A DNA stretch of 64,000 nucleotides from the NCBI RefSeq assembly GCF_009914755.1, contig NC_060938.1; one strand, 5' to 3'. This stretch comes from the human T2T-CHM13v2.0 reference genome, Homo sapiens. This document shows positions 25,906 through 40,200 of the stretch, piece after piece. Position 1 is the first letter of the stretch. Each line of letters opens with the position of its first letter. The notes below the pieces were generated by a model. That model saw nothing but the letters and a program-made list of their open reading frames with translations, had not been told where the DNA came from and did not search any database. The position numbers and the translations under genes are program-made.

Positions 25906-28900
25906 TCTTCACAGCTATCCAAATATCCACTTGCAGATTCTACAAAAAGAGTGTATCAAAACTGCTCTGTCAAAAGGAAGGTTCTTCTCTGTTAGGTGAG
26001 TGCATACGTCATAAAGGAGTTTCTGAGAATGTTTCTGTCTAGTGGTTATCGGAAGATATTTGCTTTTTCACCGTAGGCCTCAGAGCGCTCCAAATATCCA
26101 CTTGCACATACTACAAAAAGAGTGCTTCAAATCTGGTCTCTGAAACGGAATGTTCAACTCTATGAGTTGAATGCAAACATCACAAAGACGTTTCTGAGAA
26201 TGCTTCTGTCTAGATTTGATATGAAGATATTCCCGTTTCCAACGAAATCTTCAAATCTATCCAAATGTCCACTTGCAGATTCAACAAAAAGTGTTTTTCA
26301 GAACTGCTCTATCAAAAGAAAGATCCACCTCTGTTAGCTGAGTTCACACATCACAAACAAGTTTATGAGAATGCTTCTGTCTAGTTTTTATTTGAAGATA
26401 TTTCCTTTCTCACCATAGAGCTGAAAGCTGTCCTAATGTTCACTTCCAGATACTACAGAAAGAGTGTTTCAAAACTGCTGTACGAAAGGGAATGTTCAAC
26501 TCTGTGACTTGAATGCACACATCACAAAGAAGTTTCTGAGGATGCTGCTGTCTACTTTTTATACGTAATCCCGTTTCCAACGAAATCCTCCAAGCTATCC
26601 AAATATCCACTTGCAGATTCCACAGAAAGACTGTTTCAAAACTGCTCTGTCAATAGAAAGGTTCAACTCTGTTAGCTGCGTGCATATATCCCAAAGAAGA
26701 TTCTGAGATTGCTTCTGTCTAGTTTTTATGGGAAGATATTTCCCTTTTCACCGTAGGTGTCAAGGCGCTCCAAATGTCCACTTCCAGATACTACAAAAAG
26801 AGTGTTTCAAACCTACTCTGTGAAAGGGAATATTCAACTCTGTGACGTGAATGCACATATCACAAAGAAGTTTCTGAGAATGCTTCTGTCGAGATTTTAT
26901 ATGAAGATATTCCCGTTTCCAACGAAATCCTGAAATCTATCCAAATATCCCCTCGCAGATTCTACAAAAAGAGTGTTTCAAAACTGCTCTGTGAAAAGAA
27001 AGGTTCAACTCTGTTAGTTGAGTACACACATCACAAACAAGTTTCACAGAATGCTTCTTTCTAGCTTGTAGGGGAAGATATTCCCTTTATCACCATGGGC
27101 CTCCAACCGTCCGAAACATCCACTTCCATATACTACAAAAAGAGCGTTTCAAACCTGCTCTATGAAAGGCAATGTTCAACTCTGTGACTTGAATGCAGAC
27201 ATCACAGAGCAGTTTCTGAGAATGCTTCTGTCTAGATTTTATAGGAAGATATTCCCGTTTCCAACGAAATCTTCACAGCTATCCAAATATCCACTTGCAG
27301 ATTCTACAAAAAGAGTGTATCAAAACTGCTCTGTCAAAAGGAAGGTTCTTCTCTGTTAGGTGAGTGCATACGTCATAAAGGAGTTTCTGAGAATGTTTCT
27401 GTCTAGTGGTTATGGGAAGATATTTGCTTTTTCACCGTAGGCCTCAGAGCGCTCCAAATATCCACTTGCACATACTACAAAAAGAGTGCTTCAAAGCTGG
27501 TCTCTGAAACGGAATGTTCAACTCTATGAGTTGAATGCAAACATCACAAAGACGTTTCTGAGAATGCTTCTGTCTAGATTTGATATGAAGATATTCCCGT
27601 TTCCAACGAAATCTTCAAATCTATCCAAATGTCCACTTGCAGATTCAACAAAAAGTGTTTTTCAGAACTGCTCTATCAAAAGAAAGATCCACCTCTGTTA
27701 GCTGAGTTCACACATCACAAACAAGTTTATGAGAATGCTTCTGTCTAGTTTTTATTTGAAGATATTTCCTTTCTCACCATAGAGCTGAAAGCTGTCCTAA
27801 TGTTCACTTCCAGATACTACAGAAAGAGTGTTTCAAAACTGCTGTACGAAAGGGAATGTTCAACTCTGTGACTTGAATGCACACATCACAAAGAAGTTTC
27901 TGAGGATGCTGCTGTCTACTTTTTATACGTAATCCCGTTTCCAACGAAATCCTCCAAGCTATCCAAATATCCACTTGCAGATTCCACAGAAAGACTGTTT
28001 CAAAACTGCTCTGTCAATAGAAAGATTCAACTCCGTTAGCTGCGTGCATATATCCCAAAGAAGATTCTGAGATTGCTTCTGTCTAGTTTTTATGGGAAGA
28101 TATTTCCCTTTTCACCGTAGGTGTCAAGGCGCTCCAAATGTCCACTTCCAGATACTACAAAAAGAGTGTTTCAAACCTACTCTGTGAAAGGGAATATTCA
28201 ACTCTGTGACTTGAATGCACATATCACAAAGAAGTTTCTGAGAATGCTTCTGTCGAGATTTTATATGAAGATATTCCCGTTTCCAACGAAATCCTGAAAT
28301 GTATCCAAATATCCCCTCGCAGATTCTACAAAAAGAGTGTTTCAAAACTGCTCTGTAAAAAGAAAGGTTCAACTCTGTTAGTTGAGTACACACATCACAA
28401 ACAAGTTTCACACAATGCTTCTTTCTAGCTTGTAGGGGAAGATATTCCCTTTATCACCATGGGCCTCAAACCGTCTGAAACGTCCACTTCCATATACTAC
28501 AAAAAGAGCGATTCAAACCTGCTCTATGAAAGGCAATGTTCAACTCTGTGACTTGAATGCAGACATCACAGAGCAGTTTCTGAGAATGCTTCTGTCTAGA
28601 TTTTATAGGAAGATATTCCCGTTTCCAACGAAATCTTCACAGCTATCCAAATATCCACTTGCAGATTCTACAAAAAGAGTGTATCAAAACTGCTCTGTCA
28701 AAAGGAAGGTTCTTCTCTGTTAGGTGAGTGCATACGTCATAAAGGAGTTTCTGAGAATGTTTCTGTCTAGTGGTTATGGGAAGATATTTGCTTTTTCACG
28801 GTAGGCCTCAGAGCGCTCCAAATATCCACTTGCACATACTACAAAAAGAGTGCTTCAAAGCTGCTCTCTGAAACGGAATGTTCAACTCTACGAGTTGAAT

Positions 28901-31900
28901 GCAAACATCACAAAGACGTTTCTGAGAATGCTTCTGTCTAGATTTGATATGAAGATATTCCCGTTTCCAACGAAATCTTCAAATCTATCCAAAGGTCCAC
29001 TTGCAGATTCAACAAAAAGTGTTTTTCAGAACTGCTCTATCAAAAGAAAGATCCACCTCTGTTAGCTGAGTTCACACATCACAAACAAGTTTATGAGAAT
29101 GCTTCTGTCTAGTTTTTATTTGAAGATATTTCCTTTCTCACCATAGAGCTGAAAGCTGTCCTAATGTTCACTTCCAGATACTACAGAAAGAGTGCTTCAA
29201 AACTGCTGTACCAAAGGGAAGGTTCAACTCTGTGACTTGAATGCACACATCACAAAGAAGTTTCTGAGGATGCTGCTGTCTACTTTTTATACGTAATCCC
29301 GTTTCCAACGAAATCCTCCAAGCTATCCAAATATCCACTTGCAGATTCCACAGAAAGACTGTTTCAAAACGGCTCTGTCAATAGAAAGGTTCAACTCTGT
29401 TAGCTGCGTGCATATATCCCAAAGAAGATTCTGAGATTGCTTCTGTCTAGTTTTTATGGGAAGATATTTCCCTTTTCACCGTAGGTGTCAAGGCGCTCCA
29501 AATGTCCACTTCCAGATACTACAAAAAGAGTGTTTCAAACCTACTCTGTGAAAGGGAATATTCAACTCTGTGACTTGAATGCACATATCACAAGGAAGTT
29601 TCTGAGAATGCTTCTGTCGAGATTTTATATGAAGATATTCCCGTTTCCAACGAAATGCTGAAATGTATCCAAATATCCCCTCGCAGATTCTACAAAAAGA
29701 GTGTTTCAAAACTGCTCTGTAAAAAGAAAGGTTCAACTCTGTTAGTTGAGTACACACATCACAAACAAGTTTCACAGAATGCTTCTTTCTAGCTTGTAGG
29801 GGAAGATATTCCCTTTATCACCATGGGCCTCCAACCGTCGGAAACATCCACTTCCATATACTACAAAAAGAGCGTTTCAAACCTGCTCTATGAAAGGCAA
29901 TGTTCAACTCTGTGACTTGAATGCAGACATCACAGAGCAGTTTCTGAGAATGCTTCTGTCTAGATTTTATAGGAAGATATTCCCGTTTCCAACGAAATCT
30001 TCACAGCTATCCAAATATCCACTTGCAGATTCTACAAAAAGAGTGTATCAAATCTGCTCTGTCAAAAGGAAGGTTCTTCTCTGTTAGGTGAGTGCATACG
30101 TCATAAAGGAGTTTCTGAGAATGTTTCTGTCTAGTGGTTATGGGAAGATATTTGCTTTTTCACCGTAGGCCTCAGAGCGCTCCAAATATCCACTTGCACA
30201 TACTACAAATAGAGTGCTTCAAAGCTGTTCTCTGAAACGGAATGTTCAACTCTATGAGTTGAATGCAAACATCACAAAGACGTTTCTGAGAATGCTTCTG
30301 TCTAGATTTGATATGAAGATATTCCCGTTTCCAACGAAATCTTCAAATCTATCCAAATGTCCACTTGCAGATTCAACAAAAAGTGTTTTTCAGAACTGCT
30401 CTATCAAAAGAAAGATCCACCTCTGTTAGCTGAGTTCACACATCACAAACAAGTTTATGAGAATGCTTCTGTCTAGTTTTTATTTGAAGATATTTCCTTT
30501 CTCACCATAGAGCTGAAAGCTGTCCTAATGTTCACTTCCAGATACTACAGAAAGAGTGTTTCAAAACTGCTGTACGAAAGGGAATGTTCAACTCTGTGAC
30601 TTGAATGCACACATCACAAAGAAGTTTCTGAGGATGCTGCTGTCTACTTTTTATACGTAATCCCGTTTCCAACGAAATCCTCCAAGCTATCCAAATATCC
30701 ACTTGCAGATTCCACAGAAAGACTGTTTCAAAACTGCTCTGTCAATAGAAAGGTTCAACTCTGTTAGCTGCGTGCATATATCCCAAAGAAGATTCTGAGA
30801 TTGCTTCTGTCTAGTTTTTATGGGAAGATATTTCCCTTTTCACCGTAGTTGTCAAGGCGCTCCAAATGTCCACTTCCAGATACTACAAAAAGAGTGTTTC
30901 AAACCTACTCTGTGAAAGGGAATATTCAACTCTGTGACTTGAATGCACATATCACAAAGAAGTTTCTGAGAATGCTTCTGTCGAGATTTTATATGAAGAT
31001 ATTCCCGTTTCCAACGAAATCCTGAAATGTATCCAAATATCCCCTCGCAGATTCTACAAAAAGAGTGTTTCAAAACTGCTCTGTGAAAAGAAAGGTTCAA
31101 CTCTGTTAGTTGAGTACACACATCACAAACAAGTTTCACACAATGCTTCTTTCTAGCTTCTAGGGGAAGATATTCCCTTTATCACCATGGGCCTCCAACC
31201 GTCCGAAACATCCACTTCCATATACTACAAAAAGAGCGTTTCAAACCTGCTGTATGAAAGGCAATGTTCAACTCTGTGACTTGAATGCAGACATCACAGA
31301 GCAGTTTCTGAGAATGCTTCTGTCTAGATTTTATAGGAAGATATTCCCGTTTCCAACGAAATCTTCACAGCTATCCAAATATCCACTTGCAGATTCTACA
31401 AAAAGAGTGTATCAAATCTGCTCTGTCAAAAGGAAGGTTCTTCTCTGTTAGGTGAGTGCATACGTCATAAAGGAGTTTCTGAGAATGTTTCTGTCTAGTG
31501 GTTATGGGAAGATATTTGCTTTTTCCACGTAGGCCTCAGAGCGCTCCAAATATCCACTTGCACATACTACAAAAAGAGTGCCTCAAAGCTGCTCTCTGAA
31601 ACGGAAATTTCAACTCTATGAGTTGAATGCAAACATCACAAAGACGTTTCTGAGAATGCTTCTGTCTAGATTTGATATGAAGATATTCCCGTTTCCAACG
31701 AAATCTTCAAATCTATCCAAATGTCCACTTGCAGATTCAACAAAAAGTGTTTTTCAGAACTGCTCTATCAAAAGAAAGATCCACCTCTGTTAGCTGAGTT
31801 CACACATCACAAACAAGTTTATGAGAATGCTTCTGTCTAGTTTTTATTTGAAGATATTTCCTTTCTCACCATAGACCTGAAAGCTGTCCTAAAGTTCACT

Positions 31901-34900
31901 TCCAGTTACTACAGAAAGAGTGTTTCAAAACTGCTGTACGAAAGGGAATGTTCAACTCTGTGACTTGAATGCACACATCACAAAGAAGTTTCTGAGGATG
32001 CTGCTGTCTACTTTTTATACGTAATCCCGTTTCCAACGAAATCCTCCAAGCTATCCAAATATCCACTTGCAGATTCCACAGAAAGACTGTTTCAAAACTG
32101 CTCTGCCAATAGAAAGGTTCAACTCTGTTAGCTGCGTGCATATATCCCAAAGAAGATTCTGAGATTGCTTCTGTCTAGTTTTTATGGGAAGATATTTCCC
32201 TTTTCACCGTAGGCGTCAAGGCGCTCCAAATGTCCACTTCCAGATACTACAAAAAGAGTGTTTCAAACCTACTCTGTGAAAGGGAATATTCAACTCTGTG
32301 ACGTGAATGCACATATCACAAAGAAGTTTCTGAGAATGCTTCTGTCGAGATTTTATATGAAGATATTCCCGTTTCCAACGAAATCCTGAAATCTATCCAA
32401 ATATCCCCTCGCAGATTCTACAAAAAGAGTGTTTCAAAACTGCTCTGTGAAAAGAAAGGTTCAACTCTGTTAGTTGAGTACACACATCACAAACAAGTTT
32501 CACAGAATGCTTCTTTCTAGCTTGTAGGGGAAGATATTCCCTTTATCACCATGGGCCTCCAACCGTCCGAAACATCCACTTCCATATACTACAAAAAGAG
32601 CGTTTCAAACCTGCTCTATGAAAGGCAATGTTCAACTCTGTGACTTGAATGCAGACATCACAGAGCAGTTTCTGAGAATGCTTCTGTCTAGATTTTATAG
32701 GAAGATATTCCCGTTTCCAACGAAATCTTCACAGCTATCCAAATATCCACTTGCAGATTCTACAAAAAGAGTGTATCAAAACTGCTCTGTCAAAAGGAAG
32801 GTTCTTCTCTGTTAGGTGAGTGCATACGTCATAAAGGAGTTTCTGAGAATGTTTCTGTCTAGTGGTTATGGGAAGATATTTGCTTTTTCACCGTAGGCCT
32901 CAGAGCGCTCCAAATATCCACTTGCACATACTACAAAAAGAGTGCCTCAAAGCTGCTCTCTGAAACGGAATGTTCAACTCTATGAGTTGAATGCAAACAT
33001 CGCAAAGACGTTTCTGAGAATGCTTCTGTCTAGATTTGATATGAAGATATTCCCGTTTCCAACGAAATCTTCAAATCTATCCAAATGTCCACTTGCAGAT
33101 TCAACAAAAAGTGTTTTTCAGAACTGCTCTATCAAAAGAAAGATCCACCTCTGTTAGCTGAGTTCAGACATCACAAACAAGTTTATGAGAATGCTTCTGT
33201 CTAGTTTTTATTTGAAGATATTTCCTTTCTCACCATAGACCTGAAAGCTGTCCTAATGTTCACTTCCAGTTACTACAGAAAGAGTGTTTCAAAACTGCTG
33301 TACGAAAGGGAATGTTCAACTCTGTGACTTGAATGCACACATCACAAAGAAGTTTCTGAGGATGCTGCTGTCTACTTTTTATACTTAATCCCGTTTCCAA
33401 CGAAATCCTCCAAGCTATCCAAATATCCACTTGCAGATTCCACAGAAAGACTGTTTCAAAACTGCTCTGTCAATAGAAAGGTTCAACTCTGTTAGCTGCG
33501 TGCATATATCCCAAAGAAGATTCTGAGATTGCTTCTGTCTAGTTTTTATGGGAAGATATTTCCCTTTTCACCGTAGGCGTCAAGGCGCTCCAAATGTCCA
33601 CTTCCAGATACTACAAAAAGAGTGTTTCAAACCTACTCTGTGAAAGGGAATATTCAACTCTGTGACTTGAATGCACATATCACAAGGAAGTTTCTGAGAA
33701 TGCTTCTGTCGAGATTTTATATGAAGATATTCCCGTTTCCAACGAAATCCTGAAATGTATCCAAATATCCCCTCGCAGATTCTACAAAAAGAGTGTTTCA
33801 AAACTGCTCTGTAAAAAGAAAGGTTCAACTCTGTTAGTTGAGTACACACATCACAAACAAGTTTCACAGAATGCTTCTTTCTAGCTTGTAGGGGAAGATT
33901 CCCCTTTATCACCATGGTCCTCAAACCGTCCGAAATGTCCACTTCCATATACTACAAAAAGAGCGTTTCAAACCTGCTGTATGAAAGGCAATGTTCAACT
34001 CTGTGACTTGAATGCAGACATCACAGAGCAGTTTCTGAGAATGCTTCTGTCTAGATTTTATAGGAAGATATTCCCGTTTCCAACGAAATCTTCACAGCTA
34101 TCCAAATATCCACTTGCAGATTCTATAAAAAGAGTGTATCAAAACTGCTCTGTCAAAAGGAAGGTTCTTCTCTGTTAGGTGAGTGCATACGTCATAAAGG
34201 AGTTTCTGAGAATGTTTCTGTCTAGTGGTTATGGGAAGATATTTGCTTTTTCACCGTAGGCCTCAGAGCGCTCCAAATATCCACTTGCACATACTACAAA
34301 AAGAGTGCCTCAAACTGCTCTCTGAAACGGAATGTTCAACTCTATGAGTTGAATGCAAACATCGCAAAGACGTTTCTGAGAATGCTTCTGTCTAGATTTG
34401 ATATGAAGATATTCCCGTTTCCAACGAAATCTTCAAATCTATCCAAATGTCCACTTGCAGATTCAACAAAAAGTGTTTTTCAGAACTGCTCTATCAAAAG
34501 AAAGATCCACCTCTGTTAGCTGAGTTCACACATCACAAACAAGTTTATGAGAATGCTTCTGTCTAGTTTTTATTTGAAGATATTTCCTTTCTCACCATAG
34601 AGCTGAAAGCTGTCCTAATGTTCACTTCCAGATACTACAGAAAGAGTGTTTCAAAACTGCTGTACGAAAGGGAATGTTCAACTCTGTGACTTGAATGCAC
34701 ACATCACAAAGAAGTTTCTGAGGATGCTGCTGTCTACTTTTTATACGTAATCCCGTTTCCAACGAAATCCTCCAAGCTATCCAAATATCCACTTGCAGAT
34801 TCCACAGAAAGACTGTTTCAAAACGGCTCTGTCAATAGAAAGGTTCAACTCTGTTAGCTGCGTGCATATATCCCAAAGAAGATTCTGAGATTGCTTCTGT

Positions 34901-37299
34901 CTAGTTTTTATGGGAAGATATTTCCCTTTTCACCGTAGGTGTCAAGGCGCTCCAAATGTCCACTTCCAGATACTACAAAAAGAGTGTTTCAAACCTACTC
35001 TGTGAAAGGGAATATTCAACTCTGTGACTTGAATGCACATATCACAAGGAAGTTTCTGAGAATGCTTCTGTCGAGATTTTATATGAAGATATTCCCGTTT
35101 CCAACGAAATGCTGAAATGTATCCAAATATCCCCTCGCAGATTCTACAAAAAGAGTGTTTCAAAACTGCTCTGTGAAAAGAAAGGTTCAACTCTGTTAGT
35201 TGAGTACACACATCACAAACAAGTTTCACAGAATGCTTCTTTCTAGCTTGTAGGGGAAGATATTCCCTTTATCACCATGGGCCTCCAACCGTCCGAAACA
35301 TCCACTTCCATATACTACAAAAAGAGCGTTTCAAACCTGCTCTATGAAAGGCAATGTTCAACTCTGTGACTTGAATGCAGACATCACAGAGCAGTTTCTG
35401 AGAATGCTTCTGTCTAGATTTTATAGGAAGATATTCCCGTTTCCAATGAAATCTTCACAGCTATCCAAATATCCACTTGCAGATTCTACAAAAAGAGTGT
35501 ATCAAAACTGCTCTGTCAAAAGGAAGGTTCTTTTCTGTTAGGTGAGTGCATACGTCATAAAGGAGTTTCTGAGAATGTTTCTGTCTAGTGGTTATGGGAA
35601 GATATTTGCTTTTTCACCGTAGGCCTCAGAGCGCTCCAAATATCCACTTGCACATACTACAAAAAGAGTGCCTCAAAGCTGCTCTCTGAAACGGAATGTT
35701 CAACTCTATGAGTTGAATGCAAACATCGCAAAGACGTTTCTGAGAATGCTTCTGTCTAGATTTGATATGAAGATATTCCCGTTTCCAACGAAATCTTCAA
35801 ATCTATCCAAATGTCCACTTGCAGATTCAACAAAAAGTGTTTTTCAGAACTGCTCTATCAAAAGAAAGATCCACCTCTGTTAGCTGAGTTCAGACATCAC
35901 AAACAAGTTTATGAGAATGCTTCTGTCTAGTTTTTATTTGAAGATATTTCCTTTCTCACCATAGACCTGAAAGCTGTCCTAATGTTCACTTCCAGTTACT
36001 ACAGAAAGAGTGTTTCAAAACTGCTGTACGAAAGGGAATGTTCAACTCTGTGACTTGAATGCACACATCACAAAGAAGTTTCTGAGGATGCTGCTGTCTA
36101 CTTTTTATACTTAATCCCGTTTCCAACGAAATCCTCCAAGCTATCCAAATATCCACTTGCAGATTCCACAGAAAGACTGTTTCAAAACTGCTCTGTCAAT
36201 AGAAAGGTTCAACTCTGTTAGCTGCGTGCATATATCCCAAAGAAGATTCTGAGATTGCTTCTGTCTAGTTTTTATGGGAAGATATTTCCCTTTTCACCGT
36301 AGGCGTCAAGGCGCTCCAAATGTCCACTTCCAGATACTACAAAAAGAGTGTTTCAAACCTACTCTGTGAAAGGGAATATTCAACTCTGTGACTTGAATGC
36401 ACATATCACAAGGAAGTTTCTGAGAATGCTTCTGTCGAGATTTTATATGAAGATATTCCCGTTTCCAACGAAATCCTGAAATGTATCCAAATATCCCCTC
36501 GCAGATTCTACAAAAAGAGTGTTTCAAAACTGCTCTGTAAAAAGAAAGGTTCAACTCTGTTAGTTGAGTACACACATCACAAACAAGTTTCACAGAATGC
36601 TTCTTTCTAGCTTGTAGGGGAAGATATTCCCTTTATCACCATGGGCCTCCAACCGTCCGAAACATCCACTTCCATATACTACAAAAAGAGCGTTTCAAAC
36701 CTGCTCTATGAAAGGCAATGTTCAACTCTGTGACTTGAATGCAGACATCACAGAGCAGTTTCTGAGAATGCTTCTGTCTAGATTTTATAGGAAGATATTC
36801 CCGTTTCCAACGAAATCTTCACAGCTATCCAAATATCCACTTGCAGATTCTATAAAAAGAGTGTATCAAATCTGCTCTGTCAAAAGGAAGGTTCTTCTCT
36901 GTTAGGTGAGTGCATACGTCATAAAGGAGTTTCTGAGAATGTTTCTGTCTAGTGGTTATGGGAAGATATTTGCTTTTTCACCGTAGGCCTCAGAGCGCTC
37001 CAAATATCCACTTGCACATACTACAAAAAGAGTGCTTCAAAGCTGTTCTCTGAAACGGAATGTTCAACTCTATGAGTTGAATGCAAACATCACAAAGACG
37101 TTTCTGAGAATGCTTCTGTCTAGATTTGATATGAAGATATTCCCGTTTCCAACGAAATCTTCAAATCTATCCAAATGTCCACTTGCAGATTCAACAAAAA
37201 GTGTTTTTCAGAACTGCTCTATCAAAAGAAAGATCCACCTCTGTTAGCTGAGTTCACACATCACAAACAAGTTTATGAGAATGCTTCTGTCTAGTTTTT

Positions 37300-40200
37300 A
37301 TTTGAAGATATTTCCTTTCTCACCATAGAGCTGAAAGCTGTCCTAATGTTCACTTCCAGATACTACAGAAAGAGTGTTTCAAAACTGCTGTACGAAAGGG
37401 AATGTTCAACTCTGTGACTTGAATGCACACATCACAAAGAAGTTTCTGAGGATGCTGCTGTCTACTTTTTATACGTAATCCCGTTTCCAACGAAATCCTC
37501 CAAGCTATCCAAATATCCACTTGCAAATTCCACAGAAAGACTGTTTCAAAACTGCTCTGTCAATAGAAAGGTTCAACTCTGTTAGCTGCGTGCATATATC
37601 CCAAAGAAGATTCTGAGATTGCTTCTGTCTAGTTTTTATGGGAAGATATTTCCCTTTTCACCGTAGGCGTCAAGGCGCTCCAAATGTCCACTTCCAGATA
37701 CTACAAAAAGAGTGTTTCAAACCTACTCTGTGAAAGGGAATATTCAACTCTGTGACTTGAATGCACATATCACAAAGAAGTTTCTGAGAATGCTTCTGTC
37801 GAGATTTTATATGAAGATATTCCCGTTTCCAACGAAATCCTGAAATGTATCCAAATATCCCCTCGCAGATTCTACAAAAAGAGTGTTTCAAAACTGCTCT
37901 GTAAAAAGAAAGGTTCAACTCTGTTAGTTGAGTACACACATCACAAACAAGTTTCACAGAATGCTTCTTTCTAGCTTGTAGGGGAAGATTCCCCTTTATC
38001 ACCATGGTCCTCAAACCGTCCGAAAAGTCCACTTCCATATACTACAAAAAGAGCGTTTCAAACCTGCTGTATGAAAGGCAATGTTCAACTCTGTGACTTG
38101 AATGCAGACATCACAGAGCAGTTTCTGAGAATGCTTCTGTCTAGATTTTATAGGAAGATATTCCCGTTTCCAACGAAATCTTCACAGCTATCCAAATATC
38201 CACTTGCAGATTCTACAAAAAGAGTGTATCAAAACTGCTCTGTCAAAAGGAAGGTTCTTTTCTGTTAGGTGAGTGCATACGTCATAAAGGAGTTTCTGAG
38301 AATGTTTCTGTCTAGTGGTTATGGGAAGATATTTGCTTTTTCACCGTAGGCCTCAGAGCGCTCCAAATATCCACTTGCACATACTAAAAAAAGAGTGCCT
38401 CAAACTGCTCTCTGAAACGGAATGTTCAACTCTATGAGTTGAATGCAAACATCGCAAAGACGTTTCTGAGTATGCTTCTGTCTAGATTTGATATGAAGAT
38501 ATTCCCGTTTCCAACGAAATCTTCAAATCTATCCAAATGTCCACTTGCAGATTCAACAAAAAGTGTTTTTCAGAACTGCTCTATCAAAAGAAAGATCCAC
38601 CTCTGTTAGCTGAGTTCACACATCACAAACAAGTTTATGAGAATGCTTCTGTCTAGTTTTTATTTGAAGATATTTCCTTTCTCACCATAGAGCTGAAAGC
38701 TGTCCTAATGTTCACTTCCAGATACTACAGAAAGAGTGTTTCAAAACTGCTGTACGAAAGGGAATGTTCAACTCTGTGACTTGAATGCACACATCACAAA
38801 GAAGTTTCTGAGGATGCTGCTGTCTACTTTTTATACGTAATCCCGTTTCCAACGAAATCCTCCAAGCTATCCAAATATCCACTTGCAGATTCCACAGAAA
38901 GACTGTTTCAAAACTGGTCTGTCAATAGAAAGGTTCAACTCTGTTAGCTGCGTGCATATATCCCAAAGAAGATTCTGAGATTGCTTCTGTCTAGTTTTTA
39001 TGGGAAGATATTTCCCTTTTCACCGTAGGCGTCAAGGCGCTCCAAATGTCCACTTCCAGATACTACAAAAAGAGTGTTTCAAACCTACTCTGTGAAAGGG
39101 AATATTCAACTCTGTGACTTGAATGCACATATCACAAAGAAGTTTCTGAGAATGATTCTGTCGAGATTTTATATGAAGATATTCCCGTTTCCAACGAAAT
39201 CCTGAAATCTATCCAAATATCCCCTCGCAGATTCTACAAAAAGAGTGTTTCAAAACTGCTCTGTGAAAAGAAAGGTTCAACTCTGTTAGTTGAGTACACA
39301 CATCACAAACAAGTTTCACAGAATGCTTCTTTCTAGCTTGTAGGGGAAGATATTCCCTTTATCACCATGGGCCTCCAACCGTCCGAAACATCCACTTCCA
39401 TATACTACAAAAAGAGCGTTTCAAACCTGCTCTATGAAAGGCAATGTTCAACTCTGTGACTTGAATGCAGACATCACAGAGCAGTTTCTGAGAATGCTTC
39501 TGTCTAGATTTTATAGGAAGATATTCCCGTTTCCAACGAAATCTTCACAGCTATCCAAATATCCACTTGCAGATTCTACAAAAAGAGTGTATCAAAACTG
39601 CTCTGTCAAAAGGAAGGTTCTTCTCTGTTAGGTGAGTGCATACGTCATAAAGGAGTTTCTGAGAATGTTTCTGTCTAGTGGTTATGGGAAGATATTTGCT
39701 TTTTCACCGTAGGCCTCAGAGCGCTCCAAATATCCACTTGCACATACTACAAAAAGAGTGCTTCAAAGCTGCTCTCTGAAACGGAATGTTCAACTCTATG
39801 AGTTGAATGCAAACATCACAAAGACGTTTCTGAGAATGCTTCTGTCTAGATTTGATATGGAGATATTCCCGTTTCCAACGAAATCTTCAAATCTATCCAA
39901 ATGTCCACTTGCAGATTCAACAAAAAGTGTTTTTCAGAACTGCTCTATCAAAAGAAAGATCCACCTCTGTTAGCTGAGTTCACACATCACAAACAAGTTT
40001 ATGAGAATGCTTCTGTCTAGTTTTTATTTGAAGATATTTCCTTTCTCACCATAGAGCTGAAAGCTGTCCTAATGTTCACTTCCAGATACTACAGAAAGAG
40101 TGTTTCAAAACTGCTGTACGAAAGGGAATGTTCAACTCTGTGACTTGAATGCACACATCACAAAGAAGTTTCTGAGGATGCTGCTGTCTACTTTTTATAC

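Larger units (their letters stand above)
12000..29727. repeat. 13-HOR (17728 bp) tandem duplication, copy 1
   Basis: Rare variants recur exactly 17728 bp later: G12112/G29840, acaaatagag, gtagttgtc, ggaaattt, ctaaagtt and ctgccaat (spurious ORF 14168 vs 31896). The left breakpoint lies between about 11940 and 12112. Confidence 0.9.
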
